64,000 nucleotides of DNA, from assembly GCF_025526975.1 (NCBI RefSeq), contig NW_026515687.1:496001-560000 (forward strand). The letters run 5' to 3'. This document shows, piece after piece, positions 36,497-48,923 of the stretch. Origin of the DNA: Fimicolochytrium jonesii. Taxonomy: Eukaryota. The notes beneath the pieces were generated by a model. It searched no databases. It was not told where the DNA came from and saw nothing but the letters and a program-made list of their open reading frames with translations. Within the stretch, counting starts at the first letter, position 1. Each line of letters begins with the position of its first letter. The position numbers and the translations under genes are program-made.

Positions 36497-38117
36497 CTAA
36501 GCGACAGAGACCTGGCTAACGGACGCCGTCTCGGGCTGTCCGCGGTAGCTTCCCGGTGCGGATCCGGCCATCTGGGAAGTGGACTCCTTCAAGGCGACGA
36601 GCTGCTTGGTGCGGAAGGCTTCGTAGTGGATCGAGCCGGTGGTTTCGATCATGTCTTGGAGGTGCGTGCGGGTGAGGAAGTTGCGGAGGTGGACGAATTC
36701 GCAATGGTTTTCGTTTTCGACTGTGCAGGCAGGATTGTTCGAGTCAGACTGATATCATATCCACCCGAATCGATCCGCATTCGCAAACCCACCATCAATG
36801 ACACCCCATCGCGTCCTTCTACCACGCACAGCCTTCCCATCGACAACAACATTCCTCTCCGATCCCACAACAGCGAACGGGATCATATCCCTGATGACCT
36901 GCACCGCCTGACGCTCCGCCCTGTCCTGGTCGCTCAACGCAACGAGGTCGTCCTCGACGTCGGCGTACGGGTAGCATCGGATCCCGTGGAAGTCAATCTC
37001 CTCCTTTATCCTCCTCTTGAAGGCGACGCGCTCTTCCATGGTTAGAGAGTCGGATTTGGCGATAACGGGGATGACATTGGCGACTTCGGAGATCTTGCGC
37101 ATCACTGTTACGTCCAGGGGTGTCAAGCTGGATGTGGATTGGAAGATTATGTCAATATCAAGGTTTGAGTAAGATGGCGTGTAAACCTTATAACATACGC
37201 ATGGCCAGTTGGGGCAATGAAGAAGAGGACGGCGTGGATCCGAGTGTCGGGAATGCGGCGCTCACGAGCGGGGGTGAGCTCCTTGCGGAGGTAAGCAGAA
37301 TACTGCTCCTTGATGTGCTTGACGATTGGGTCCCAGCTGCGGATTGCGACGACCGTCAGTGATATGTTCGACATTCGCCCTGACGACGTCATCTCAACGC
37401 TCTGAACCACCCCCACTCACCAGTTCTCGTTGTTGACCTGGTCCCCGTATCCCGGAGTGTCGGTGATGGTAAGCTTCAACCTCACGCCGTTTTCCTCGAT
37501 GACTATTCATCCGGATGGTGCAGGTTAGACATCTTCCTCCCGTCCTCACCCTGCCGCCGGCACAAAGGACCCGGACTAATCCTCACCATGAGAAACACTC
37601 TGAATTTCCACCGTCTGACGAAGCGTCTCGGCGCGCTTAGGTGCATTCGGCTCCTTCAGGTGCGCGGCAAAGAGGGTGTTGACAAGCGTACTCTTTCCCA
37701 GTCCACTGCGGCCTAGTTCAACAACACCAGAATCCAATCGTCAGTCATAGTACTTCTCCCGTCCTCTTCGTTTCCCCCGTGCCATCACTCGATTTCCACG
37801 TTTTCCCACGTTTCTCGCTGATCGACTCGGGAACGTACCGACGACCATGACGTTGAATGCGAACCCACGCTTCAACAGTCTCTTCTCGATCTGGTTGGTG
37901 ATTGTGTCAAAACCGACATAGCCGGTCAAGGTGACCTGGTAGAATAATGGAAAGGAAGTGCGTTGTCATGAGCGTCATTCTCAGCTAGATCACTTCTCAA
38001 GGACATAAACCAAAAGAGCGGCACCCCGACAGCAGTGTGGATGAGGGCCTTATTGAAATTCTGTGTATGTACCTTCTTGGCCGATTCAACGCCCTGCTGT
38101 GGTAATGGAGTCGACAT
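36497..38117 (-). CDS. CDC10: Septin, Cdc10/Spn2 group, multi-exon
   Basis: GYVGFDTITNQIEKRLLKRGFAFNVMVVG|RSGLGKSTLVNTLF, DTPGYGD, NVIPVIAKSD, RGRRTRWG, HYEAFR. No C-terminal coiled coil. Confidence 0.93.
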
Positions 38118-40856
38118 GGTTGTTGGGTGGAAGCTGTCGTGGTGGATCGAAGTTTCGTTTCGATACCTGAGGCGGCCGTGGGAAAATGGGAGCTGCGTTA
38201 GGGATATCGAGTGAAGGGGGGTAGCGCGAGCGACAGAGGAATTGACTACGTCTCCCGCGGTGCTCTCCCTGGACGTTACCTTCAGGAGCCGGTGGTGGGT
38301 GGGGCTGAACAGGGGCGGAAGCGTTGATGTCTCGCCTGTGGTTTGGGGGATACGCTGTCCTGTCGTGGGTGCTTATGCAAAGGGCGTAATTTTTGCGTTG
38401 CCGTTTGCCGCTCTGCTGCTCTCAGTGCTCTGTCTGCTGCTCTGTCTGCTGCTGCTGGTGGCGGCCGCTGCGGGTTCTCGCCTTACCGTGTTCTCATGTC
38501 GCCTTCCTCTCAGGCTCAAATCAGTTCAATGGTTTCGTCAGGTTTCCTTGCCCATACTTTGGGAGGGAGGATGCAAGAAGGAGGAAGCCGTGGGGAAGGA
38601 AAAGCCCACTCGTCCACCGCTACAGGTCCTCTCGGGCCTGCCGCTCCTGCAGCTCCTGCAGTCAATTCGATGCTCAAAAACGTTGCTTTTCGCTCCACAA
38701 GTTTGATCACATTTGCAACTGCGCGGCCCACCAGCACTGGAGCCAATTGTCTATACGTGGAAATTCGGAGGAGGAAAAGAGAGGAAAGAGGAGGGAGAAG
38801 CTAGAACGTCTACAACCAAGAAGATCGCAAGCCAATGACTGAGAGGAGAGGAGACGATCTATCGTACGTCTGCGCTACAGCCCCGATCAGAAATCAGGTT
38901 GCACCAAAGCCGCATCCTCTGCTCCTTCCGCCAGACTCAACGCACTCCCCCCCAAGCTCGAGCATGTTTCAAAGATCGCTATCCGAAAGTCCCACCCACC
39001 CCTCCGCCTCCAACAATGGCCCACCCCGCTCTAGCATTTCATCAAAGAGGTGGGCGGCGCCCAAACCGAGCACCCCCGCCTCGTCTCGGAAACACGGTGC
39101 GTCCTGGCACGCAGAATCCCGGCATCTCCGCAAGACGGCCTGTCCAAAGTGTTCCATCAACGTTTCTTTTGCGGGCCATTGACGGACGAAGTATGCTGGG
39201 GCCGTCGCTTTCGGATACAGATGCGGCGTGTTCAGCTCCTGGCCATGCCTCACCCCCATTCACAATATTGTCATCACCGAACACGAAAGCACGTGGCTGT
39301 CCATAACGCAAAGCAGGCGGTGGTGCCCACCACAAGTTGGCTGTGCCAGAGGATTCCAGAACTGCCTTCTCCAAGGAGTATGTCAACGGAGAGACGCGAG
39401 ACTCGGAGGGCCAACGACGCGCACACGCGACACGGACCTGCGCAATGGAAGCGTTGGGAGGCGACCAAAAGAGCGTCCTGGGAGGTTACTGGACCACAAA
39501 TACTGGAACTGGATGGTAGAGACTGAGGGCCCTTTCCTGGGACTAGCGCTGTCCAGAAGACTTGGCGGCATCCTTCGGCGGTGATCTTCTTACAAGACCG
39601 ACTGCAGGAGAGCGTACAGCGAGGACATACCTTACAGTCAGACACCCAAGAAAGAAGGAAAGACATAGATGCGATCGCAAGGTGGGATGGAGGGCTTGTC
39701 GAGCTGCGGCAGCCGGTCGACAGACTGCAAAGATGAAGGGGGTGTTGGAGCTGCTTGCACTGTATCTCAGGTTGGGGAGTTTGTCAGGACGACACACTTA
39801 TATGTCACCGGAGGCTTGTCATTAGTGCTCTGTGTCCAGCTACGGGGACGTTATACTATTAATATTTGATCCTTTCGTGGGACGGCTTTTGTTGACTCGG
39901 GGAACTCCTATTAGTAGTGCAATATATATATAGGCAAGACACCATGGAGGCGCTCCGCACTGAGGTTGGGAACGCGACCTGTGCGTTTGCGAGTTGCTTG
40001 TTTGAAGCGCGCAAGGTTAACCGGCCGTATCATGAAGGGCACGCACACCACAATACACAACACAGGCTATGTACATACGACACAGCTACAGCACGCAGCA
40101 AGACCGGCAGGAGGACTGACTGACTCAAAAAGAGAGGGGCGGAATATTGCGGGGAGGGGAGCGGGACGACTGACGGGAATATTGCGCCGTCAAGTCATGA
40201 CTATGCAGTGACTAGAACGGGTTGGCGCCCGTTTTTCCTTATTGGGCAAACAACGTCGGCAAGGAGTGGAGCCTTGGGCGCATGGGGGATAGATTCGGGC
40301 ACAGCTGACGGGCAAGTGTCTGCTGTCGATAAGCGGAGTTTGTTGTTGGTGACTACGAGGATGAAACGCAGACGGAGGCGAAAGTTCAAATGATCTTAGG
40401 GGGACACCGGCGCGCGGAATGATGATGAGGAACAATCTGGGCTTTGGGCTTGCCGATCACACATGGCAGTGGGAACCAAATGTTACATTCCACTCAGAAG
40501 TCACCAGTGCGCGGAGGGGGGGGAATGCCATGTGATCGCGTGCACTCCCGAGGGGCCTGGGCCGGCCGTCAACAACAAGCACTCAATCAAATTCCGTCCG
40601 AAAGCAGGCGGAAATGAATGGCGGCGGCTGAGTCATCACGGCGACGCCCATCACAAGATATCCCAGAAAGAGACCTCTGGGCCGCAACCCCCCCCCCCCC
40701 CCCTCGCAACACTCTTTTCGCCCAGAAAAGTCTCCTATTCCCAGTGAAAATCCCCAGCAGCTCCTACGCCCCTCTTGCAGAACTCACGCACAGCCAACCA
40801 ACTCCCCACACCTTGCTCTGCCCAAAGAGAACGTTCCGCCACCCACAGGCCCCGCA

Positions 40857-42188
40857 ATGGGAATCATCCCAACAACAGCCCTTCCGCCCCCATTCGCAGC
40901 TACTTACATTGACCAACTCGACACCCCCCCAACCGCTCCAGAACACCACCTGCACCACGGGGAAGGGATGGAGAAGGCTCAGGTCTCGGGCTCACGGCTG
41001 GGTGATGCGTCCCCCGCGGAATCGTCCACGCCAAGCATCATGGCAGGGGACGACGTGGTGCAGGACGCCATTCCCTCGCGCGACAGTAAACACCCCGCCG
41101 CCTCAGATGCAACAACGACAACAACAAACGTGAAAATAATCCCCACAAACCCACTCAGCATGCCGCCTCCTCAGATTCCATTCAAACGTACGCCCTCCCG
41201 CGGCCCACTCCCGCCCTCCCAGACCACCCACGTCGTCGTGTTGTCCGGTGCCCCGCCTGGGCTGATCGATATCGAGGCGTTGAAGGCTCAGTTGAAGGTG
41301 TTGGAAGCCGGTGAGGGTGGTGTTGGGGGTGGGGAGGGGTCCGCGGAGGGAAGTGATGAGCAGTTGTCCAAAAGTGAGGGTGGTGGGGATGTGGCGACAC
41401 CGCCGTCACCAGCGAGACGATCGTCGAAACAACCCGCATCCCAACCCATCCCGATGAGGAGACGGAATTCGACGGGGAGCATGTTTAGTGATTCGGACGG
41501 CGACGATGGCGATGATAATGATAGCGATAGCGATCGTCGGGACTCTACCACGCGCGACCTCAACGCCAGCGGCAGTAGCACCAACGTCTTGGTCGTCAAC
41601 CTCACCCAACCCATGATCCCCACCCTCCCGAAACTCAAAGTGCAGAAAACGGAAGATCTCAAAAACAACAGCGATGATAATCTGGAGGAGGTGAATGCGA
41701 ATTTGAAGGTGGTTGAGAGCCCTGCGAGAAGATTGAGTGGGGAGTCGGCGCGGCATGAGGGTGGGAGTTTGGACGTGGGAGGGACATTGGCGCGGAGTGT
41801 TTCGCCTACTCCGGCAGTGTCGACGGCGACGCCGGCGGTAGTAGCTGTCGCGACCACACCACCAGCACCTGTCGTAACCCGATCCACCGCACCACTGCAA
41901 TTAGCAACACCAACAACAACAACACCACCACAACCACCATCCACTCCATCCACTCCCGTCGTCACACTCGCGTCGCCGTCCACGACCACCACCACCAGCC
42001 CACCGACATCCGCAACCAAACGCAACGTCACCTTTGCAACCCAAGTGTCGATCCACACCGCGGACGAATGGAAAGCGCAGCTGCGCGCGTACCGCAAGGC
42101 CAAGAAGCGGTGGGCGATCGGCGGGAAGCGGTGGAGGGGCCTGGGTGCGCGGAGGATCACCGAGACGCTTTTTGGGGCGAGTGTGTAG
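40857..42188 (+). CDS. Low-complexity P/S/T-rich hypothetical protein with C-terminal RVxF-like motif (KRNVTF)
   Basis: 443-aa uninterrupted ORF; disordered composition; no recognised domain. Confidence 0.6.
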   Translation: MGIIPTTALPPPFAATYIDQLDTPPTAPEHHLHHGEGMEKAQVSGSRLGDASPAESSTPSIMAGDDVVQDAIPSRDSKHPAASDATTTTTNVKIIPTNPLSMPPPQIPFKRTPSRGPLPPSQTTHVVVLSGAPPGLIDIEALKAQLKVLEAGEGGVGGGEGSAEGSDEQLSKSEGGGDVATPPSPARRSSKQPASQPIPMRRRNSTGSMFSDSDGDDGDDNDSDSDRRDSTTRDLNASGSSTNVLVVNLTQPMIPTLPKLKVQKTEDLKNNSDDNLEEVNANLKVVESPARRLSGESARHEGGSLDVGGTLARSVSPTPAVSTATPAVVAVATTPPAPVVTRSTAPLQLATPTTTTPPQPPSTPSTPVVTLASPSTTTTTSPPTSATKRNVTFATQVSIHTADEWKAQLRAYRKAKKRWAIGGKRWRGLGARRITETLFGASV

Positions 42189-43616
42189 GGTGGGGAGAAG
42201 TATCCTTGCCGGATCTTCTTTTTTTTTGGGGGGGGGAGCCTTACTGTGTGCTGTATCACGCACCCGGCGTACTATATCGCACGCATTCCTCATGTTTTTC
42301 GTACGTACCATAAAATTAAACGTCTCTGTATGAGATATGAGTATATACACCGGTGTTTTGTTCACCCAACATGATGTCTCTGACACACACCCGAGCCTTT
42401 ACTGGAGCAATGCATGCATGACATCCATGAACATTTCGATCCCCGTCGGGGGACTGATCACGAGCGATGAGGCATCATCATCAGCTGGGGACTTGTGATT
42501 CGAGTCTCGTCTCGTCTCGTCTCGAACGCCAATGCGATGGGGGCTGTGATCGCCCCGTTGCGCACAGAACGGCGGCATGGTGGGGAAAGCGGTCCCGGGT
42601 ATGGGACATTGGATTCCACTGCATTTTATCACTCTATTCGCCATCAACGCAAGTGTGCAACTGCAAGAGCGGGCCCGCGGACGTCACACGCAGTTATCAA
42701 GTGAACGAGTCGTCAGAACCGCGGGTATATAACGCGACAATCATCATACTGCGTACGGACGAACGGGAAGTGGGGGTTTTCGAAGGCGGCCGTTATGACA
42801 AGAACGCCACAGAAGCGTGGAGGGAATGCGGTGAACCTTGTTTTTTTTTCCTGATCCACGGGAGAGTGACGGATGGTTGGTTGGCATCGTAGGCCTATTT
42901 GGAAATGACGGATGCGGTTGTCGTGTGCGTAGTCTTACGAGAGAAAGAGTTGACTGGTCCCAACGCGTCAGTATTGGCCGCACCGCACGCGTTGGCCAAT
43001 GGCTCGAGCGAATAAGGCCGTTCGTTACGTGTTTCACTTCTCACTTTATTACGCGCCCCCCCCCCGACGCGCCGCCCTAACCCACCTTTTCCTTTCTCAT
43101 CAAGCTGGTTGGTGGAGACAAACGACGCTGGCTCGGGGCACTCCACTCCCACAACAACAATGTGTTCCATCATCCACCCCCCCCCATTGCTGTCTCAGTC
43201 TCATCTCGCTTCATCCCGCATGTGCTTTCGGGACTCAACCTTACCCATCGTATATGTATATGCACGCCTCGGCTTTTCTTGCCTTTGCTCTTGTTCGAAC
43301 GATCCTTTTTGGCTTTCCCTTCCTCATAGACCCTGCATCCTAGATTGACTCCCGTTGTATATTACGCTAGTGCACACCCGCCGCTGGTTCGGATAGGTGT
43401 TGTACCATACACTTTCTTGCGCTGCACTCTAGCGTCCTGTTTTCTCACCGCACTCGCCGGTCACTATCGAGCCGGCAAGGAGTACTCTGCACACCACGAT
43501 CAATACCTTCTTTCTCGCGCCATTCAGAACCAACTTCGTCTGGAACCGACGCTGCCCTTTTTTCCGTCTACGTGAACGTCCCACCCGACAAATACCCTGG
43601 AAAAAGCACCCAAAAA

Positions 43617-45650
43617 ATGACAACCCGCCCGCCAATCATCTTCTTTCCCACGCCCATTCCGCCGCGGCCCTCATCATCCTTCAACCCCTTCCCAGCCCCG
43701 TTCCCAACCCTCTCCGAGCCCTCCGGCGATACCTCCACATCATCCACATCCACATCCGCATCCACATCAACAACATCAACCCAAAAAACCACATCCACCA
43801 CCACCCCGCCACCAACAACAACAACAACAAGTAGAAGTATCGTCACAACCCCACCGCAGACGATGAGCATGGGCCAAATGCGGGTCATCGCCTCATCCTC
43901 CATCCCTCCCCTCCCCCGCCCAACCCCGCCCACCTCCAACCCCCCAGGAACAATGACGCCCAAAACCCAACAAGTCTTCCTCGCCTCGCTCAGCGCCCCC
44001 GCAAAACAGGGCCTGCTGATCGGATCCATCGTCTTTTTTGCGCTCGCGGCCGTGGCGGCGTTTGCGTATTCTTGGAGGAGGGGCAGGGGGAGGTGGGGGT
44101 TCGGTGGGAGTCGGAAAGTCGGAGGAGCGACAAAGAAGGGGGGTGTGAGTCCCTCGAGAAGAGGCGGGGATGAGGAGGGTGGGTATGCGGCATCACAACC
44201 GGTATCCCAAATGTATGCGAATATGAACACATACCCAACCCCGCCAGCGTACAACCCGACACCCTCGTTCGGCAACGAAGGCCCGACGTTGACACGGGAG
44301 AACAGTCGGAGTTTTGAGGGGAGTTTGAACCGATCTGTGCCGTCTGAACCGGGGAGTTTGCAACGCGCCATGAATCTGGCGGCCACCAACCCTTACAACC
44401 CAGCGTACAACCCTACCGGGACGATGAACTCGAGTTTGGGCAGGAGGGCGGAAATGGCTCAGCGGTACCCCTACCTTTACGGTCAAACCCTTCTCCAACA
44501 ACAACAACAACCCGATCGCCCAACCCTCCCCCGCGCAACCTCAACTGCCTTACCCCCGCTGGGCTCCGACACCGGCAGCGTGAACGGCGCACCGCTCAAC
44601 GAGTTCGCGCGCTCAGTCGAGATGTTCCGCTTGGAGGAAACCAATCAATCACAGATGTATCTGGCACAGGGAGAGGGCGAGGCGTACACGGAAGCGTTTG
44701 ATGTCATGGATATCGCGGGGTACGGCGATGGTGATAGCGGGGCAAGAAGGAGCGCGGGTGAAGCGACCTTGACGCGGAACGCCACCCGATCGTCTGAAGG
44801 CAGTGGGACGTTGCAAAGACGTCGGGACATCAACGACAACGCCGACATCAACACAACACCCGTCCCACCACCCCGCGCCTACCTCCCCCCGGGAGCCCTC
44901 ACCACCACCACCAAGAGAGGGTCGACAAGCACGACGTCGACATCCCCGTCCCTGCCGCGTTTCTCACCCTCGGGTCTCACACCCCTCCATACGCCCGCGT
45001 TCCCATCCCTCCCCCGCCCCGCCCAATTCACACCCACCTACCCCACCCCCCCGGTGCCCTCACCCCCGGCGGGTACGGGGGGACCCTCCACGCCGCCGTC
45101 ACCCAACACGATCCCGCTGCATCATTCCGGGGACGTGACCACCCGCGCGTCATTCTCCTACGCGATCGCGCACCCCTGGGTCCCGCAACGCGGCGACGAG
45201 CTCCGGCTGGAGATGTGGGACCGCGTGTGCGTCGTGCAGGTGTTTGACGACGGGTGGTGCGAGGGTGTCCGCGTGCGCTCCGACCCCTCCGAGGCCGGGA
45301 CCGTGGGCATGTTCCCACTCGCATGTCTCCAGGACCCGCGGCACGGCACCGCCACCGACGCCTCCGAGTCGTTGGATGACGCCTACCCGCCCTCGGATAA
45401 CCCGCAGCCGGCGTGGGAATGGACGCTGGACCGGCAAAAACCGGCCCATCAGCAACAATCACCAAGCAGGGAATCCATCTTCTCCAACCCGCGCATCTCG
45501 GCCCTTCTCCGCGACTTTGCCGCGCCCGCGTCGTCAGCGGGGCTGTACCACGCGCCGAGTCGGCAGAGCAGCATTGCGCGGAAGGGTGCTGGCGGGGAGC
45601 GTAGGAAGGAGGAGGGGGAGGAGTGGCGGTATACGTATGATTTCAGTTAG
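43617..45650 (+). CDS. Single-pass membrane protein with S/T-rich ectodomain and C-terminal SH3 (Fus1-like architecture)
   Basis: Thr/Ser-rich N-terminus, TM LLIGSIVFFALAAVAAFAYSW followed by RRGR, SH3 WVPQRGDELRL..VFDDGWCEG..GMFPLACL. Confidence 0.8.
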   Translation: MTTRPPIIFFPTPIPPRPSSSFNPFPAPFPTLSEPSGDTSTSSTSTSASTSTTSTQKTTSTTTPPPTTTTTSRSIVTTPPQTMSMGQMRVIASSSIPPLPRPTPPTSNPPGTMTPKTQQVFLASLSAPAKQGLLIGSIVFFALAAVAAFAYSWRRGRGRWGFGGSRKVGGATKKGGVSPSRRGGDEEGGYAASQPVSQMYANMNTYPTPPAYNPTPSFGNEGPTLTRENSRSFEGSLNRSVPSEPGSLQRAMNLAATNPYNPAYNPTGTMNSSLGRRAEMAQRYPYLYGQTLLQQQQQPDRPTLPRATSTALPPLGSDTGSVNGAPLNEFARSVEMFRLEETNQSQMYLAQGEGEAYTEAFDVMDIAGYGDGDSGARRSAGEATLTRNATRSSEGSGTLQRRRDINDNADINTTPVPPPRAYLPPGALTTTTKRGSTSTTSTSPSLPRFSPSGLTPLHTPAFPSLPRPAQFTPTYPTPPVPSPPAGTGGPSTPPSPNTIPLHHSGDVTTRASFSYAIAHPWVPQRGDELRLEMWDRVCVVQVFDDGWCEGVRVRSDPSEAGTVGMFPLACLQDPRHGTATDASESLDDAYPPSDNPQPAWEWTLDRQKPAHQQQSPSRESIFSNPRISALLRDFAAPASSAGLYHAPSRQSSIARKGAGGERRKEEGEEWRYTYDFS

Positions 45651-46470
45651 GGATTTTTCGTAGGGAGCCTTTTCTCACACGGACAAGTTTGGAGCTTTCG
45701 CACATAGACAAGTTTGGGATCGGTTTACCCAGGATTCCTCATATCGTAGCTTTGTTTAGATGGTAGAACGAACGGCGTATGTAGATAGCTATGTCTCTTT
45801 CTTGGCACGCCGGGTGTATACAGTGTATATGCGGACATCATATGCAATCTGACATCGTGGGAAATACTTGGACCGACTGCGTAGCTTGCGCGTTTCTCGA
45901 TATTCAGCAAGCGGTCTCGTTCAGGCATAGGCGCGTCCAACATACACTTCCCCTTCGAAATCCACCGACGGCGGGTGGCAGAAACGGTATGGGCATTCAT
46001 GATATACCCAAACGTATGAGCGGGTCGAGAGGGAGAGGGCGCGCGGGGATATGTTTGCGGCATTGTTGGGGAATGTGTTGGCGTTTGGGCAGCAGGCGGT
46101 GGGGAAGATGGGTGATGCGGCCCTGGTAAGAGTTCTCGTTGGGCGTTCTCTGTCACCTCAACATAACACGATTCACACATCCCAACCTCAACCCTCCAGT
46201 CAACGTACATCTCCGTGCTTAGCAACCTCCTCGAGCGCCTCCCATCGACCTACCTCAAAGCCCTCAACCCCTCGACCACCAACAACGCAGCCGCGCACAT
46301 CCCCGACGACGACGATGACATGGACATCGACCCGGCACCCTCATCGTCAAGCAAGTCACCTCACGGTAACGATTCGACTACTACTCCGTATGTACACGTA
46401 AACCTGATATGTAAAGCACGTCTTCATAGGCCAATCTGAGCAACTCGAAGCCAAAACGGGGCGGGGGTCT

Positions 46471-47197
46471 CTAGCTAAGCTTCGTCTCGAATAGCTCGGA
46501 TTCCTCCACGTCGCGCCAGGAAGTACAGCTGGGCGGCATTACTTTGCAGAGGACTTTATCGAACTTATTGCTCGTTTCCGCCAAGGCAATCCAAAGCTCG
46601 ATGCTCTCCCGGTCGTCTTGTAGTACCTGACCATGAACCAGGATCTCCAATACCCCACCCCCGTTATAGCGCCTTAGCTCCTCCGTCCATCCCGTTGGTA
46701 TCCAGACATCTCCATCCTGACAAAACAGCGCATATCGGACCACCCGCCCCGGCACAGGTGCGAACCAATTTGGGAGAATCGCTGCTCCACCGCGAAAGTC
46801 CACATCCAAGCGGCGGATCCCTTCCGGAAGCTCGATAGGGCAGGTGAAATTCTTGCACTCTGTCAACAGTGAGCTGAACGTGTGTGAGCGAGGGGGCCTG
46901 TGACCACTGGAATCCCACGACATCGGCCACGCATCCTATTATCGTTTGCAGGCGAGGAAGCGTGGGCACGTTCCTCAGGAGCTCAAAGGTTGTGAGCTCA
47001 GTGACCTGGTCGGCGTAACGCCAATACAGAGTTTCCGCCATGACTTCCTGGTCCAGAACTACATTGGGGTCATTGATGAACAGTCGGCCCTTATTCCATC
47101 CAAACTGAGTAGCGGGCCAAAAGGGTGGGTCATCCAGAAATGTGAACACGACTCTGTCGAACAGAGCCATGGTGATGAGGGTGTAGATCCTACACAC
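46471..47197 (-). pseudogene. Frameshifted LRR-like hypothetical gene
   Basis: Two overlapping same-strand ORFs (46664-47197, 46471-46923) with LPRLQTI, LTHVQLTV and IRRLDVDF LRR-like segments. Confidence 0.35.
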
Positions 47198-47202
47198 ACA
47201 AG

Positions 47203-48105
47203 GTGGCTGCGTTCAACAAGGTCGATCACCAACATCCTGCGCAGTCTGGCAAAGTGGCAGCGCATCGTTTGCGACGGATCCACGTCCATGTGGCATTTGT
47301 TTACGAATCGCTGATGTACATAATCAGCTGGCCAGCTTATTCCGCTCGCCAGCTCTGTGAGGGGGTGTGCTTTTCGCAACCCGATCCATTCCCGTTGTCT
47401 GGGTCCCCAAACACGCCGACCGTCTCCTCGGGCGACGTTCGAGAGACGACCTATCTTGTTTGCGAGGAAGTGCAGCCAGCCTTGACGTACCAAGAGGCTG
47501 TGGAAAAGCTTCTAGACCAAGGGTCATTTTTTGTCACATTGAACATGAACGAAGATATCGGTTCCGACGGGCTGATTAGGATTAATGTCAAGAACAACAC
47601 GACAGAAGTCAGGGCGTACTTGCAAACGTGCATCCTTCCCCAAAGCACGCAAACTTTGGCTGTCTACGACACTACCGGCAATATCTTCAAAGGACGGCCA
47701 TCGAAAATTCTCGACAAACATCGCAGCGCAGGCGGTAGAGCCATCACATCAAACCGGTCCAGCCCAAACCTCGATGAGAACGCTGCTCTCGGGACTAATG
47801 GCGCAACTACAGCGTTTTCGGGACGCACACGCACGATGCCAGCGGCTAATGACAATCTGGAAGCCATCGCGACCGCCCTCATCTATGAAGATCTTGCAGA
47901 GCCAGAGGATCACGAACATGTCATGGTGTGGAGTCGAGATGACAGCCAAGCCGGTCCAGAAGTGCTCGTCCGCGACTTCAGCGAGCTCGTATCCCTACCA
48001 GAAGGCGGGTTCTTCAAAGCCACGTTATCAGAAATGCGCGCTTTTGATCAGCAACGTCACGCGGCGCTATACGACGAGCACTTTGTTGTAGGTGCTGTCC
48101 CTTGA
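47203..48105 (+). CDS. Hypothetical protein
   Basis: 300-aa ORF with protein-like composition; no recognised motif. Confidence 0.4.
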   Translation: MAAFNKVDHQHPAQSGKVAAHRLRRIHVHVAFVYESLMYIISWPAYSARQLCEGVCFSQPDPFPLSGSPNTPTVSSGDVRETTYLVCEEVQPALTYQEAVEKLLDQGSFFVTLNMNEDIGSDGLIRINVKNNTTEVRAYLQTCILPQSTQTLAVYDTTGNIFKGRPSKILDKHRSAGGRAITSNRSSPNLDENAALGTNGATTAFSGRTRTMPAANDNLEAIATALIYEDLAEPEDHEHVMVWSRDDSQAGPEVLVRDFSELVSLPEGGFFKATLSEMRAFDQQRHAALYDEHFVVGAVP

Positions 48106-48923
48106 TTTGAGAGATGTTACCTAGATTTTGACCTATGAGTTTGCCTTGTTTCTAGTTCACTCCAATTGTCTGAAACACCCCCTCGCCCCGTCTTTGCAAT
48201 TCGAACTTTGTCGCTTTCTCATTCAGCGTTTGGCATGCAACCTCCCGGCAATCGGCGTCGAAAGAAGTGTGCGAAGCTCTGGTTAAGAATTGCCGTCTGG
48301 AGGCTCATTTGTTGTCAAACAATCCTCGATACGCCACAGAGAGCACATTTGTCGGCGAGTCGATTGACCTCATAGTGGCAGATCGAAAAGACAAGATGGC
48401 GTTGCTCAGCACTCAGCATGCGATTCGAGTCGCCTACGATGGCGAGGAGTTTCTACTCCGCCTCGAAGATTAAGACTGGGGTCCAGAAATCGTAGTCAGG
48501 AATAGCGATTCGGACTCGGAACCGGGGGACGAGGATGTGTACCCCATATCAGAGAGCACGGATCGCCCGACCCAAGCCGTCTCCATCATAGCTCACGAGC
48601 ATCCTGTGGTCGAGCGCCTCACCTTCCACTTTTTCCGCATGGGCACGAGCATCCAAGTGGATCTGCCCGTCGAAACAACCACACAGGACGCGACGGTTTT
48701 CCAGTGTTTTGGGATGATCACGCGGGGTACGAGGCGTTGCCGGCGCACATGTCAAACCACCCCGAAGTTTTTTTGCGTATATCACTGCTCGCAGAAGGTT
48801 GACTACGGTTGAGTTGTCCTTTACACCGGTTGAGTTGTCCTTTCAACGGAGGATGTGTTTTCTACATCAGGTGTTTGCTACCCACGCGTTCCTAGTCCCA
48901 TTCTGTCAACTATTGGATTGCGA

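Noticed and set aside
38242..40750. Multiple short ORFs between the septin and the 40857 gene
   Set aside because: Low-complexity intergenic/UTR-like sequence with no supported product.
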